DNA of 64,000 nucleotides from a virus, in the IMG/VR virus record IMGVR_UViG_3300022752_000025, positions 1 to 64,000 of that record; one strand, 5' to 3'. Under the pieces are notes generated by a model that worked only from the letters and a program-made list of their open reading frames with translations, did not search any database and was not told where the DNA came from. Position 1 is the first letter of the stretch; every line of letters starts with the position of its first letter. Positions 30,415 through 39,607 of the stretch are shown piece by piece. A program made the position numbers and the translations under genes.

Positions 30415-30798
30415 ATGAAACCAATAAGAGCAATCCTCATTGACCCATTCACAGAAACTGTATCACAGGTAACCCTTGTAGATGCTAAACTCCAAACGCT
30501 CAAGAGCCTCATCGAGTGCGAGATTATCACGATGACAGGTTTGGCAAATGGCGTAGATATGATCCTAGATGACGAAGGACTCTTGAAGGACTCAAACTCT
30601 CAAACTTACTTCAAGTTCGGGATTGGTTCACAGCCTTTTGCTGGCAAAGCTCTGATCGTTGGCACAAACGATGAAGGCGAAACTGTTTCGCTTCCAGAAA
30701 ATATCACAACCGAAAAAGTTTTTGAGCGTATCATCTTTTTTAAACCCTCAAAAAAATATCTTGATGAATCTTTAGAAATTAAAGTTATCCCATTCTAA
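30415..30798 (+). CDS. DUF3846-like protein
   Basis: AILIDP...DDEGLLK...FAG.ALIVG..DEGE..SL. Confidence 0.65.
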   Translation: MKPIRAILIDPFTETVSQVTLVDAKLQTLKSLIECEIITMTGLANGVDMILDDEGLLKDSNSQTYFKFGIGSQPFAGKALIVGTNDEGETVSLPENITTEKVFERIIFFKPSKKYLDESLEIKVIPF

Positions 30799-30809
30799 AT
30801 TCTGCCTTC

Positions 30810-30884
30810 GTAAGTTGTTGAATATCAATGACTTACGCGGGGCGGGAGGCTGTGTCTGTAAATGCTTGATAATCATATACTTAT
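30810..30884 (+). repeat. 75-bp bipartite element copy 1 (27-bp palindrome, 21-bp GC spacer, 27-bp palindrome)
   Basis: GTAAGTTGTTGAATATCAATGACTTAC-gcggggcgggaggctgtgtct-GTAAATGCTTGATAATCATATACTTAT. Confidence 0.9.
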
Positions 30885-30969
30885 ACAAACCTGATCTTAG
30901 ACTAAAACCTGAACGAAGCCAAAAGATCGAAAACGATCTTAGACCAAAACCTGATGGAACGCATAAAAC

Positions 30970-31044
30970 CTAAACCTCTAAGTATCAATCACTTACAGAG
31001 ACGCCCTCCCTTGCGTTGTAAGTCGTTATCAATCAACGAAAAAT
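30970..31044 (-). repeat. 75-bp bipartite element copy 2 (spacer inverted)
   Basis: Same 27-21-27 geometry; spacer contains CCCTCCC. Confidence 0.85.
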
Positions 31045-31109
31045 AAATGAAAAAATATCTTGCAAAAATAAAATTTTGTGATAGATTAAAAATAGAAAGA
31101 GAGAAAAAA

Positions 31110-31316
31110 ATGAAAGCAAAAATGAAAATCAAATTCGACCTCAACGAAACAATCCGCAGACTTAACGAAATTTCCAAAGGCTTTGAAGCCTCGGCAAATC
31201 GTATCCAAGTGATCGTGGAAGATGCGAACAAAAAGAAGCAAGAAGCCCACGAAAAGTTTATGGCTTCTTCGCAACTCGTTGATACTCAAGGAAATTTAAA
31301 TGGAGAAAAAATTTGA
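31110..31316 (+). CDS. Small early protein
   Basis: ORF track; start moved to after the TTGCAA/TAGATT promoter. Confidence 0.6.
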   Translation: MKAKMKIKFDLNETIRRLNEISKGFEASANRIQVIVEDANKKKQEAHEKFMASSQLVDTQGNLNGEKI

Positions 31317-31387
31317 CTTTTCGCTGGAGTGTGATAGATTAAAGGTATGAAAGATAAGAAAGAAAATAAGAAAGGTAATAAAAGAAA

Positions 31388-31660
31388 ATGAGTCATAGAA
31401 TGATAAATTGGAACTATCAGCGTAGGCTGATGCGTGAAACGATGCGTAGTGCATCAAGCGAAGTAGATGCTTCTAAAGTCTACCCAAAAACCGAAACCTT
31501 TTTCGGTGATGTTTACTTATACGAAGGAGTTTTAGTCAAACTCGTTTACAAAACAACGGCAGAGACTGCCGTAGCTGAAATCCTCGAAGGTGAGGATAAA
31601 GGTAAGACCACAACGATCTACCTTAACAAAGCAGAATTCGTAAAGAAAGAGAATAAATAA
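31388..31660 (+). CDS. Hypothetical protein
   Basis: ORF track. Confidence 0.65.
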   Translation: MSHRMINWNYQRRLMRETMRSASSEVDASKVYPKTETFFGDVYLYEGVLVKLVYKTTAETAVAEILEGEDKGKTTTIYLNKAEFVKKENK

Positions 31661-31903
31661 AATGAATAAAGATAATAAAAAAGAACTAACTTCCCAAGAG
31701 TGGGAAATTCAGCGTTGGGAAAATAACAATAAGAAGTGGGCTAGACTCAAAAAGAGTTGGGCTGATTGGAAAAAGAACAATCCAGAAAAGGCTAAAGCTC
31801 ACGCCTTACTAAAGGCAAAACTTAATGGAAAGAAGTCCTAAGTCGTTGATAATCAACGCAAAATAAAAGTTGACAAAATTAAAAAATCTGATAGGATAAA
31901 GGT

Positions 31904-32323
31904 ATGACAAAGAAAGAACTAATGAAAGCAAACAGAGAAAAACTACAAACCATCCGTGCAGAGAACGCACGAAAAGAAGCAGAAGCCATTGAGACTTTTC
32001 GCTCACTCAACATTCAAGCGGGAGACTTCATCCAAGTTTCCTACATCTCCAAGTGGAGAATCACAGGTGAACATACCGAGACTGAAATCTGGTATGCTGA
32101 TGCTACTGAAAATGATCACTACTCAAACCTTCCGTTCATCAAAAAGATAATGTTTTGGAACTTGTCTGGTGGATACAATCTTCTCACCAGCGTTGGACAA
32201 TACTTTGACATCCAAAAAGTCGAAGCAACTCCCGAACTTCTGGAAAGAGTTGAAACTACCAAGGGAATCTCTGCTGGAATCCACGAAGCGTATAATAGCG
32301 GTGGACAATATAAAGGAGACTAA
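31904..32323 (+). CDS. Hypothetical early protein (leaderless)
   Basis: TTGACA-16-TAGGAT-6-ATG. Confidence 0.75.
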   Translation: MTKKELMKANREKLQTIRAENARKEAEAIETFRSLNIQAGDFIQVSYISKWRITGEHTETEIWYADATENDHYSNLPFIKKIMFWNLSGGYNLLTSVGQYFDIQKVEATPELLERVETTKGISAGIHEAYNSGGQYKGD

Positions 32324-32324
32324 T

Positions 32325-32528
32325 ATGGACTTAACAAATAGCGTTCAAAGACTCAAAGAAGAAATCTACTACGGAAGCGAAGCTCTCCAAAGCTTAAGTC
32401 GAGCACTTCAAATTGCTAAAGACAAAAAACTAAACCGCAACTATTCAATCCCTGACCATATGTGGCCTGATATAGAAGCGGAGATTGAAGAAGAAGCAAG
32501 CGAATGGGCAGTTGATTACCAAGGGTGA
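32325..32528 (+). CDS. Hypothetical protein (start re-assigned to MDLTNS)
   Basis: SD AAGGAG before ATG 32325. Confidence 0.65.
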   Translation: MDLTNSVQRLKEEIYYGSEALQSLSRALQIAKDKKLNRNYSIPDHMWPDIEAEIEEEASEWAVDYQG

Positions 32529-32832
32529 AAAACTTTCTCGCCTCTTTTCGGGCGACTCTCACCAAAAAGAAGGGTTGGTGGGAGCAAACTTTTCTTTTCT
32601 GGCGTGTGCTTGCTGGCTTGCGTTTTTGTGAAGAAATGATAGACTTAATAAATTACAAAACAAAAAACAAAATAAAATATACTAAAATGAAAACATTCTT
32701 ACGCCGTCATATCTTGCAACTCTCAAAAATTTTCTATTCTCTCGCTGTTAAAAATGGCGAAAGAAAAAATTACAAACTCGAAAAATTTTTCTACTATCCT
32801 TCTGCGTTTTTGCTTGAACTAAAAGATCTCGT

Positions 32833-32907
32833 ATAAGTCTTTAACTATCAACGACTTACACGCGCAGGGAGGGCCCGCGCGCAAATCGTTGACTATCAAC
32901 AACTTAC
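32833..32907 (+). repeat. 75-bp bipartite element copy 3
   Basis: ATAAGTCTTTAACTATCAACGACTTAC-acgcgcagggagggcccgcgc-GCAAATCGTTGACTATCAACAACTTAC. Confidence 0.9.
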
Positions 32908-32948
32908 AAAAGCTTGACAAAAATAAAAAATCTGATATCCTTTTTTTT

Positions 32949-33311
32949 ATGCAAAACAAAACAAGAATCTTCTCTGAACCTTTTGGCCCTAACCTCGCCT
33001 ATTTGATTGAGGCTGATTTCCTATCTGCTGAAAGATTTTATAATGCTATTTATAATTTCGGTGGAACGAATTACAAATTACAAGATCGTGGAAGTGGTAA
33101 AGCATTTTACTTTTATGCAGAACCAGCGAAGTTTCGCAGAGCATTGTCTCTTGCTCTCTCAAGCAATCTTGAATCTTCATTTGGTGATGGCGACTGGGAA
33201 CCTCATGGAGAAGCCCTAGCAGATCAAATCATTTCAGAAATAAAACCAGCAACTTTTGTAAGGCGTTGTCATTCAATAGAATATTCTTATAGAAAATCTT
33301 TGACAGAATAG
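32949..33311 (+). CDS. Unknown early protein, family A copy 2
   Basis: FYNAIYNFGGTNYKL...GKAFYFYAEP; leaderless promoter upstream. Confidence 0.75.
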   Translation: MQNKTRIFSEPFGPNLAYLIEADFLSAERFYNAIYNFGGTNYKLQDRGSGKAFYFYAEPAKFRRALSLALSSNLESSFGDGDWEPHGEALADQIISEIKPATFVRRCHSIEYSYRKSLTE

Positions 33312-33333
33312 TAATCTGTGATACATTACAAGT

Positions 33334-33573
33334 ATGACAAACGACATCAACTACCTCGCCTCTATAACCACAGCCGAAGCCTTTGCTGATGCGGAAGCAT
33401 TCTTCGACTACATCAACTCCGCTGATGCCATCAACGATATGCTTGATCGGATGGCTCCTACCTACGACGAGCAGGATACGGAAGTAGTGCATTTTAACAA
33501 GCCTGCTACTTTCTGCGGGATGCCTTTTATCACTTTTCGTCTTACCTGTCAGAATGGAATGGAGGTTAAATAA
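33334..33573 (+). CDS. Hypothetical protein (leaderless)
   Basis: TTGACA(33300)-16-TACATT-6-ATG. Confidence 0.7.
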   Translation: MTNDINYLASITTAEAFADAEAFFDYINSADAINDMLDRMAPTYDEQDTEVVHFNKPATFCGMPFITFRLTCQNGMEVK

Positions 33574-33574
33574 T

Positions 33575-33859
33575 ATGGCATACGACTACAAAGCCTCTCT
33601 CAAGGAGTGGATGAGCCAGCACATGCTGACTCCGCTGGATGTGCGTGACATCCTCAGCGAAATTCGTAAGGATCGCGAGGAGGGGCGCGTCCTAGAATCT
33701 TCTCAATCTAACCTCTCTGATGTAGACGAATCGATGGATGGTGACTTCGATTCTGCTATGGCCTCTGCTGGTCATGGAACCGATGAGGACTATGGTGGCG
33801 GATGCTACCAGATGGAAGACTTCGGTTGGGCTGGTGATCCAGAAATTTGTGGAGAATAA
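33575..33859 (+). CDS. Acidic hypothetical protein
   Basis: SD GGAGG; MDGDFDSAMASAG.GTDEDYG motif. Confidence 0.7.
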   Translation: MAYDYKASLKEWMSQHMLTPLDVRDILSEIRKDREEGRVLESSQSNLSDVDESMDGDFDSAMASAGHGTDEDYGGGCYQMEDFGWAGDPEICGE

Positions 33860-33966
33860 TATGGAAAAATATATGCTTGCAATTGCAGGGCTTGGAATTT
33901 TTTTCCTTGCTCTTGCCATATTAGAAACCCTTATCAATTTTGCTGTATGGTTTTGGAATCATAAGC

Positions 33967-34041
33967 GCAAGTAGTTAACTATCAACGACTTACGCGCGCA
34001 GGGTCCCTGCCCTCGTAAGTGCTTGATAATCAAATACTTAC
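33967..34041 (+). repeat. 75-bp bipartite element copy 4
   Basis: 27-21-27 geometry; overlaps the stop codon at 33974. Confidence 0.9.
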
Positions 34042-34256
34042 AACGATGCCCATTCTCTAAAATCTTCTCGCAATTCTTTTTCGTAACTTACAAAATCTTT
34101 TTTTGCATCAAGTGGAGGATTATCTCCATCGCTCCATGGATAAAAAGTTTCTAAATTTTCGTTTAATAATTTTTCGATATTCATTTTAAGCTCTCCTTAA
34201 TCATTACAAAAAATACAAAGGTAACAATCAATAAGAATAAAGTCATATGTTGCATC

Positions 34257-34892
34257 TTAATGTTTTTTGTAGTTAATTGCAAACTCATTTTTATGCCAAC
34301 ACGCACGGCACGAACCGCACTTGTTACCTTGTTTCGATGAGGGACAATTAAACTCTCCCTTTGTGCTTGCACCACTAACGCAGAGGCCAAGGCGTTCTGC
34401 TAATCCAACAGGTGCGGGGCCATTCATCATAAGAGCAGATAAGCGGATAGTAAGATTGAAAGGAACTTCACCGCCCTTTGCTATATACTCTGAAACGAAA
34501 GAGTATTCCCTAGTTGGCAACCAAAAAGAAATATGCGGAAGATTCTTTGCAATCTTTACAATTTTTTCAAGATGCCATACGCCTTGCAAATCTCCCGAAT
34601 CGTGCCAACGGAAGTGCGGATTGTTTGTCTTACCGATAAGATAAGTCATAGCATCCACCCAAAGATCGTGAGTAAGAGAAGCAAAACGCTTTTCCATCGC
34701 TGCTTGAACATTGGGGAAAACATAACGCCCTTTAAGAGCATAACAAAAAGCACAAATGCTTCCCGCAATACTACGCATTTTTTGTCCAATAATGCAACGC
34801 TTGGCTGGCGTGGAATAAGCATAACCTGGCATCTTCGAGGGTTTGGATAGTGTTCCAACTATCGCTTCGGCTTGTTTTTTGTTTTTGAACAT
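34257..34892 (-). CDS. GP88-like protein (radical-SAM-like Cys motifs)
   Basis: SKPSKMPG, C...C..CYA.KG.Y, FRWHDSGD, WLPTRE, CP...C.SCRACW. Confidence 0.75.
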   Translation of the reverse strand: MFKNKKQAEAIVGTLSKPSKMPGYAYSTPAKRCIIGQKMRSIAGSICAFCYALKGRYVFPNVQAAMEKRFASLTHDLWVDAMTYLIGKTNNPHFRWHDSGDLQGVWHLEKIVKIAKNLPHISFWLPTREYSFVSEYIAKGGEVPFNLTIRLSALMMNGPAPVGLAERLGLCVSGASTKGEFNCPSSKQGNKCGSCRACWHKNEFAINYKKH

Positions 34893-34941
34893 AAAATAAA
34901 TGTATCACTTTTTTTTCTTGTGACAAGTTTTTTTTATAGTT

Positions 34942-35016
34942 AAATCTCGTTGAGTATCAATGAGTTACAACTGCAGGGAGGTGGCTTGCCTAAGTTGTTG
35001 ATACTTAAGCGGTTAC
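34942..35016 (+). repeat. 75-bp bipartite element copy 5
   Basis: 27-21-27 geometry; second arm overlaps the ardC stop. Confidence 0.85.
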
Positions 35017-35844
35017 AGCTTCTTCTTCTGGAATCTCTTCGGTTTCTTTTTTACCCAAAAAAGCGTCAAATCTTTTTTGTGCTTTGCTAGAAGCTGAAAT
35101 AATAAAGTTCATATCCTTTTTTAATACTTGGAGCCAACTCGAAAGATAGCTCGCAGAATTATTGAAACATTTTTCAGAATTAATCCCGCAGAAGTTAAGA
35201 CAAAGACTCGCAAAAATCTCTGCGGTCAATTCTTCTTTGCTATAATTCTGTGAACCAAATCCATTCTTCACATCGTCATTGGTTGCCTTGTGCATAGCGT
35301 GACCAATCTCATGAAATGCTGTGGAATAATACTCTTCGACGCTGTTAAAGTTTTCTTTTGGAGGAAGATCAATCTTATGTTCCTGCGGATAATAGCAAGC
35401 ACGACTGCCACCATACTTAATCTTAATGATACACTTGTTGATCAACTTTTCTGCTTCTTCTACTGGCGAAAACTCCAGTTTCTTAACTTCAGGTTGTTTC
35501 CACTTCAGTCCTTCGATATCACTTAAACCAAAGACTCTGTAGTAACGCATCATAGGAAAACTTTTGGTTTCATTATCTTTTTCTGTCTTGAGTAGTTTGT
35601 AATAAACTACCATGTGAGACTTTGCACCAGCTTTGATCTTTCCACCAAGTTCTTTGATCTGATTAAAGGTAAAGAAAAAATCATCAGAAGAAAGCATCCG
35701 AAGCAAAAATTGATTGATGCCACGATAGTTCTTTTTCGACACGCCGTTGCAGAGGTCAAAAACTTTCCAAGGTTTCTGCCAAGGGCACACGCCTTTGTTG
35801 AGAGCTTCGATGAATTTTTCTGTGATGATTTCGTTTACTTTCAT
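35005..35844 (-). CDS. ardC: ArdC-like antirestriction ssDNA-binding protein with zincin domain
   Basis: PWQKPW, YRGIN, TFNQ...GG.IK.G.K, YYSTAFHEIGH, YSKEELTAE, SASYL.SW. Confidence 0.88.
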   Translation of the reverse strand: MKVNEIITEKFIEALNKGVCPWQKPWKVFDLCNGVSKKNYRGINQFLLRMLSSDDFFFTFNQIKELGGKIKAGAKSHMVVYYKLLKTEKDNETKSFPMMRYYRVFGLSDIEGLKWKQPEVKKLEFSPVEEAEKLINKCIIKIKYGGSRACYYPQEHKIDLPPKENFNSVEEYYSTAFHEIGHAMHKATNDDVKNGFGSQNYSKEELTAEIFASLCLNFCGINSEKCFNNSASYLSSWLQVLKKDMNFIISASSKAQKRFDAFLGKKETEEIPEEEAVTA

Positions 35845-35883
35845 AGCTTAAATATATCAGCTTTTTGTTTTTTGTCTACAAAA

Positions 35884-35958
35884 GAATCTCATTCACCATC
35901 AACGACTTACAGCGCAAGGGAGGTCACCTTCATAAGTCATTAATAATCAATGAAATAA
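35884..35958 (+). repeat. 75-bp bipartite element copy 6 (between divergent promoters)
   Basis: 27-21-27 geometry; spacer agcgcaagggaggtcaccttc. Confidence 0.85.
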
Positions 35959-36012
35959 AATTGTTGACTAAAAATAAAAATATGATAATCTATAGAAAGA
36001 AAGGAGGCAAAT

Positions 36013-36147
36013 ATGATGGATATATTCGATGACCAAAAAACATTAAACATCTGGGCAAAAGAAATGTGGGACGATCAAGCTATGGAACGAGCCTTAGAAA
36101 CTCAAGCAGAGCTTGATGCTGACCATGCTCGTGATATGGGAGAGTAA
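36013..36147 (+). CDS. 44-aa acidic protein
   Basis: Manual; own promoter and SD AAGGAGG; bracketed by element copies 6 and 7. Confidence 0.6.
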   Translation: MMDIFDDQKTLNIWAKEMWDDQAMERALETQAELDADHARDMGE

Positions 36148-36221
36148 TAACTCTCTCATTATCAACAACTTACAAGGGCAGGGAGCTCGCCGCTGTAAAT
36201 CTTTGATACTTAATTACTTAT
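36147..36221 (+). repeat. 75-bp bipartite element copy 7
   Basis: 27-21-27 geometry; spacer aagggcagggagctcgccgct. Confidence 0.85.
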
Positions 36222-36237
36222 AACTATTATAAATATC

Positions 36238-36309
36238 TAGGGCTAAACGGATTCGAACCGATATACCCTCATTGAAAGCGAGGAGTCCTAACCATTAGAC
36301 GATAGCCCC
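36238..36309 (-). tRNA. tRNA-Glu(TTC)
   Basis: Cloverleaf, anticodon loop CT-TTC-AA, GGTTCGAATCC. Confidence 0.9.
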
Positions 36310-36393
36310 AATATGTAGTATTATTATATTTGTTATTTATCTATTTTGCAAATATTATTTGCTATTTAGTGTAATCTAATTTAGAATTTAGAG

Positions 36394-36576
36394 ATGAACT
36401 CAAAAGTAAGTGGTATATTAGAAAATTCTGCATTGTATAAAGAATTTCTTCGTGAACGAGAAGAGATATTAAAACACAAATGGATTGAAAGTGAAAAAGC
36501 TGGGCGTGATGTAGGATTTGAATGGGCTCTTCTTGATTGGAATTTCAATCACAGAAATAACTGGCGTAATAAATAA
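36394..36576 (+). CDS. Small DUF4032-like protein
   Basis: EREEILKHKWIESEKAGRDVGFEWALLDW; GTGTAAT upstream. Confidence 0.7.
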   Translation: MNSKVSGILENSALYKEFLREREEILKHKWIESEKAGRDVGFEWALLDWNFNHRNNWRNK

Positions 36577-36577
36577 A

Positions 36578-36829
36578 TTAAACTTTTCTCTCAACAATAG
36601 ATATTCTATTAAGATAATATTTTAGAGACTCATAAGGAAATCTAGTCGTTTGAGAAGCTATTTCCTTAATCATCCTATCTATAATATTGGGTCTAACAAA
36701 GATCCTTGATTTATTCTGAACAAAGATAGTTAGCGGAAAATTATCAAGATTATATCCAAATCTTTGTTTTCTTCCACGAATATTGCAATAAAAAGTAACT
36801 CTTAAATTCTTATATGAAACATCTTTCAT
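36578..36829 (-). CDS. Hypothetical protein
   Basis: ORF track; own TTGACA promoter. Confidence 0.6.
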   Translation of the reverse strand: MKDVSYKNLRVTFYCNIRGRKQRFGYNLDNFPLTIFVQNKSRIFVRPNIIDRMIKEIASQTTRFPYESLKYYLNRISIVERKV

Positions 36830-36871
36830 TTATGTAATATACTATTAATTGAAATTATGTCAATAAAATTT

Positions 36872-37001
36872 AGTTCTTCCGCTCTCTTTATTCTAGAACT
36901 AAAGAGAATATATTCCCACCTTTAATTGCCTCAGACTCTGGGCATTGGGGCTTCAATGGCTCTTATGGAGGAAGTCATCCTCACTCATTGCGGAAAGAAC
37001 T
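36872..37001 (-). ncRNA. Candidate 130-nt structured RNA
   Basis: Own promoter TTGCAA-16-TAAGAT; terminal stem AGTTCTT(T)CCGC/GCGGAAGAACT with 3 inner hairpins. Confidence 0.5.
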
Positions 37002-37026
37002 ATCTAAATCTTATCAGAGTTTAATT

Positions 37027-37260
37027 TTATTGCAAGACTTTTTCTAAACTATCTGATTTTGGCCAAAGAGAACAAATGACTTTATCTAAAAGCATTTCAT
37101 CGTGTATCTCTTTCCAGTTTAGGTCATAGATCCCCTCGTCAATAACTGCACCAGTACTATCAGTAGTACAAGTATAATTAAGTTTTTTTCCTTTATATTT
37201 GAATGTATGGAAAGTTCGAGTTTGAATATCAATTTCTTCTTTTACTTTGGTTACTTTCAT
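37027..37260 (-). CDS. Hypothetical protein
   Basis: ORF track; promoter directly upstream. Confidence 0.65.
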   Translation of the reverse strand: MKVTKVKEEIDIQTRTFHTFKYKGKKLNYTCTTDSTGAVIDEGIYDLNWKEIHDEMLLDKVICSLWPKSDSLEKVLQ

Positions 37261-37302
37261 ATTATCAGTATACCTTTGATTGTTTTAATGTCAAATAAAA
37301 AA

Positions 37303-37324
37303 GGCGAGGATTTTACTCCTCGCC
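37303..37324 (-). terminator. Rho-independent terminator
   Basis: GGCGAGGA/TCCTCGCC stem plus U-tract. Confidence 0.75.
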
Positions 37325-37348
37325 CTTTCTATGATTGTCTTTCTGTTC

Positions 37349-37609
37349 TTAAACTGGCGAAAGACCACCAGAGATCCGATCATAACGGAACTGACGATGT
37401 CCGAATCCGTCACGACCAGAAAAGCACCAAGAAATGAAAAGTTTGTTTCCAGCCTTGGAAATGTAATGAGTGGTAGGAACGCCAACGATGTAAGTATAAG
37501 CCTCGGTTCCATTGTAAGGTTTATAGTTGATGATATACCGCTGTCCCAGCACGAACCAGAACAGACCCTTAATCATCTCCCACAGGGTGATGTTGTTTTG
37601 TTTCTTCAT
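37349..37609 (-). CDS. Hypothetical protein
   Basis: ORF track; WYL-like ending RQFRYDRI. Confidence 0.6.
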   Translation of the reverse strand: MKKQNNITLWEMIKGLFWFVLGQRYIINYKPYNGTEAYTYIVGVPTTHYISKAGNKLFISWCFSGRDGFGHRQFRYDRISGGLSPV

Positions 37610-37648
37610 TTAATAATCATACCATAACTTCATTTTTCTGCAAGAAAT

Positions 37649-37723
37649 AAATCTCATTGATTATCAACGACTTACGCGGCAAAAGTCCCTGCCGTTTTAA
37701 CTACTTAATAATTAAAGACTTAC
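37649..37723 (-). repeat. 75-bp bipartite element copy 8
   Basis: 27-21-27 geometry; spacer with CCCTGC (inverted). Confidence 0.85.
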
Positions 37724-38124
37724 AGAGGTTAATTTATTCTTCTGTTTCTTTCCAATTTGGATGCGCTTTGGCCCACTTTACAAAAACAACTTCAAGATTT
37801 TCCAAGTATTTATCTATCTGTGCAATAAGTTTAGGATCTTCACCTTGCAGAACTCTTTTTTCTAAGATTTTGCTGATCCTATTTTCATGTTTCATATATA
37901 CTATTTTACAGTAGCGTTATAAATATTTCAATATTTTATTTTATCCTGTAAGATTTAAAGAAAAAATTATTTTAGATGTGTAATTACTATTTTAATTAAT
38001 TGTTCTAATGCGCCCCAAAAAATAGAAAAGCCAATAGCAGAAGCAATAATGAATGGGGCGTTTCTATCAAAAAAATTTCTCACATAAAAACTTTACAGCG
38101 AGAAAAAACTTTTGGGAAAATTCT

Positions 38125-38198
38125 CGCTTTCAGCAGGGATCGAACCTGCAACCTACGGATTAGAAATCCGTTGCTCTATCCAATTGAGCTATGAAAGC
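38125..38198 (-). tRNA. tRNA-Arg(TCT)
   Basis: Cloverleaf, loop TT-TCT-AA. Confidence 0.92.
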
Positions 38199-38200
38199 GA

Positions 38201-38276
38201 TGGTCGCCTAGGTCGGACTCGAACCGACACTTGAACGATTTTAAGTCGTTTGCCTCTGCCATTGGGCTACTAGGCG
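38201..38276 (-). tRNA. tRNA-Leu(TAA), short variable arm, encoded CCA
   Basis: Loop CT-TAA-AA; variable region only CAAGT. Confidence 0.88.
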
Positions 38277-38282
38277 GATCTT

Positions 38283-38669
38283 TTAGCTATCGTTGTCTAA
38301 CTTTTCAGCAGAGACTTGACCGATAGAATAAAAATCTTGAACTTGTGCAGTTTTAACAAAACTTTCAACAGGAATATTTTTAATCGTATTCGAGACACGA
38401 TTCAGAACAACCTGTTTCAGACCACCTTTAGCACCACGAAACTTCTTTCCAAGTTTGTCACTCATACTATTCATAACATACTTAAACATCACACGCTCTA
38501 ATTTTTCAAGAGTGATCCAAAAATATGCAAAGGATTCACTCATCCATTGAAGTTCGCCATTTGTTCCACCCCAATTATAAATTCGATTGTGAAACTGCTC
38601 AATTTCATCTTTCTTTCCTTTGATACCAATAACCCAATGTGCTCCAAGATTTTGTTTAACGAGTTGCAT
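38283..38669 (-). CDS. Unknown early protein, family A copy 3
   Basis: FHNRIYNWGGTNGEL; SD AAGGAG before MQLVKQ. Confidence 0.75.
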   Translation of the reverse strand: MQLVKQNLGAHWVIGIKGKKDEIEQFHNRIYNWGGTNGELQWMSESFAYFWITLEKLERVMFKYVMNSMSDKLGKKFRGAKGGLKQVVLNRVSNTIKNIPVESFVKTAQVQDFYSIGQVSAEKLDNDS

Positions 38670-38862
38670 TTTGTTTTTCTCCTTTTTGTTTGAAATATAA
38701 ATCAATATCTTCTTGTGTCAAGTCTGTATGTTTAGCGTATGAGTTCAGCATCCAATGTAGTGTTGGAGCTACAAGCCAGCTATACTTAATAAGGTCATAG
38801 GTTTCTTTCATTGTTTTTAGTTTAACAGGATTTGTTTTTTTGTCAAGGGTTTTCTTAATTTT

Positions 38863-38934
38863 TGGATCGCGTAGGACTCGAACCTACAACCAATTGGTTA
38901 AAAGCCAACTGCTCTACCATTGAGCTAGCGATCC
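38863..38934 (-). tRNA. tRNA-Lys(TTT)
   Basis: Cloverleaf, loop CT-TTT-AA. Confidence 0.92.
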
Positions 38935-38941
38935 GAAATTT

Positions 38942-39014
38942 TGGGCCTGATAGGATTCGAACCTATAACCAAAGCATTATGAGTGCTCTGCTCTAACCGT
39001 TGAGCTACAAGCCC
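38942..39014 (-). tRNA. tRNA(CAT), probably Ile2 (lysidine type)
   Basis: Loop CT-CAT-AA; GGGCTTG acceptor typical of Ile2. Confidence 0.85.
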
Positions 39015-39305
39015 ATCTTTTTAGGAAGCTACTACCTTCGCTGGAAAACTAGAAGGCTTTGGAACTTGCACAAACTCGACAGCAAAAGCCTCGGCAATGT
39101 TCTGCAACTCTTTCAGAGAGCAAGTCTCTTTTGGAGTGCACATACGAATTGAAGTGTTTAAGATGACGGCTCGATCTTGACCGAACACATTCATCACATA
39201 GAATGGAACTGATTGGTTGTTTGTCATAGGTTTAATATACAACAGTTTGATAAATAGTCAACAAAAATAATTGGTTGAATATCAATAATTTACATATAAT
39301 AAGAT

Positions 39306-39399
39306 TGGTACGAGGGGAAGGATTCGAACCTTCATTTTGCCCAAATCTAGAGCGACCAGAGTATAAGTCTGGGGTCTTAACCAGTTAGACGACCCTCGC
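39306..39399 (-). tRNA. tRNA-Ile(TAT) with long variable arm, encoded CCA
   Basis: CCAGA-CT-TAT-AC-TCTGG; variable arm of about 22 nt; GGTTCGAATCC. Confidence 0.8.
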
Positions 39400-39607
39400 A
39401 TTACCAGCCGTAGCTAGTATCGGCCTCCGCTTTAGGCTTTCTTTTCGGATTTCTCCGAGCCAATCTTTTTAATGATAACTTTCGTGCCGTCAGGCCAAGT
39501 GCGGATAATCTTACGCCAATGCTCTGCTTCATGCTCTGCTTCGGCAAGATCAGTATGCATATCCTCGCTGACACGAATACCATCACGCAAAACGATATAC
39601 TTTACAT

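Noticed and set aside
32889-32948. ORF-track N-terminal extensions through repeat or promoter DNA (also 29545, 31047, 37657, 38705)
   Set aside because: They run through the 75-bp elements or -35/-10 boxes; downstream ATGs fit promoter or SD spacing, and 37657 is probably spurious
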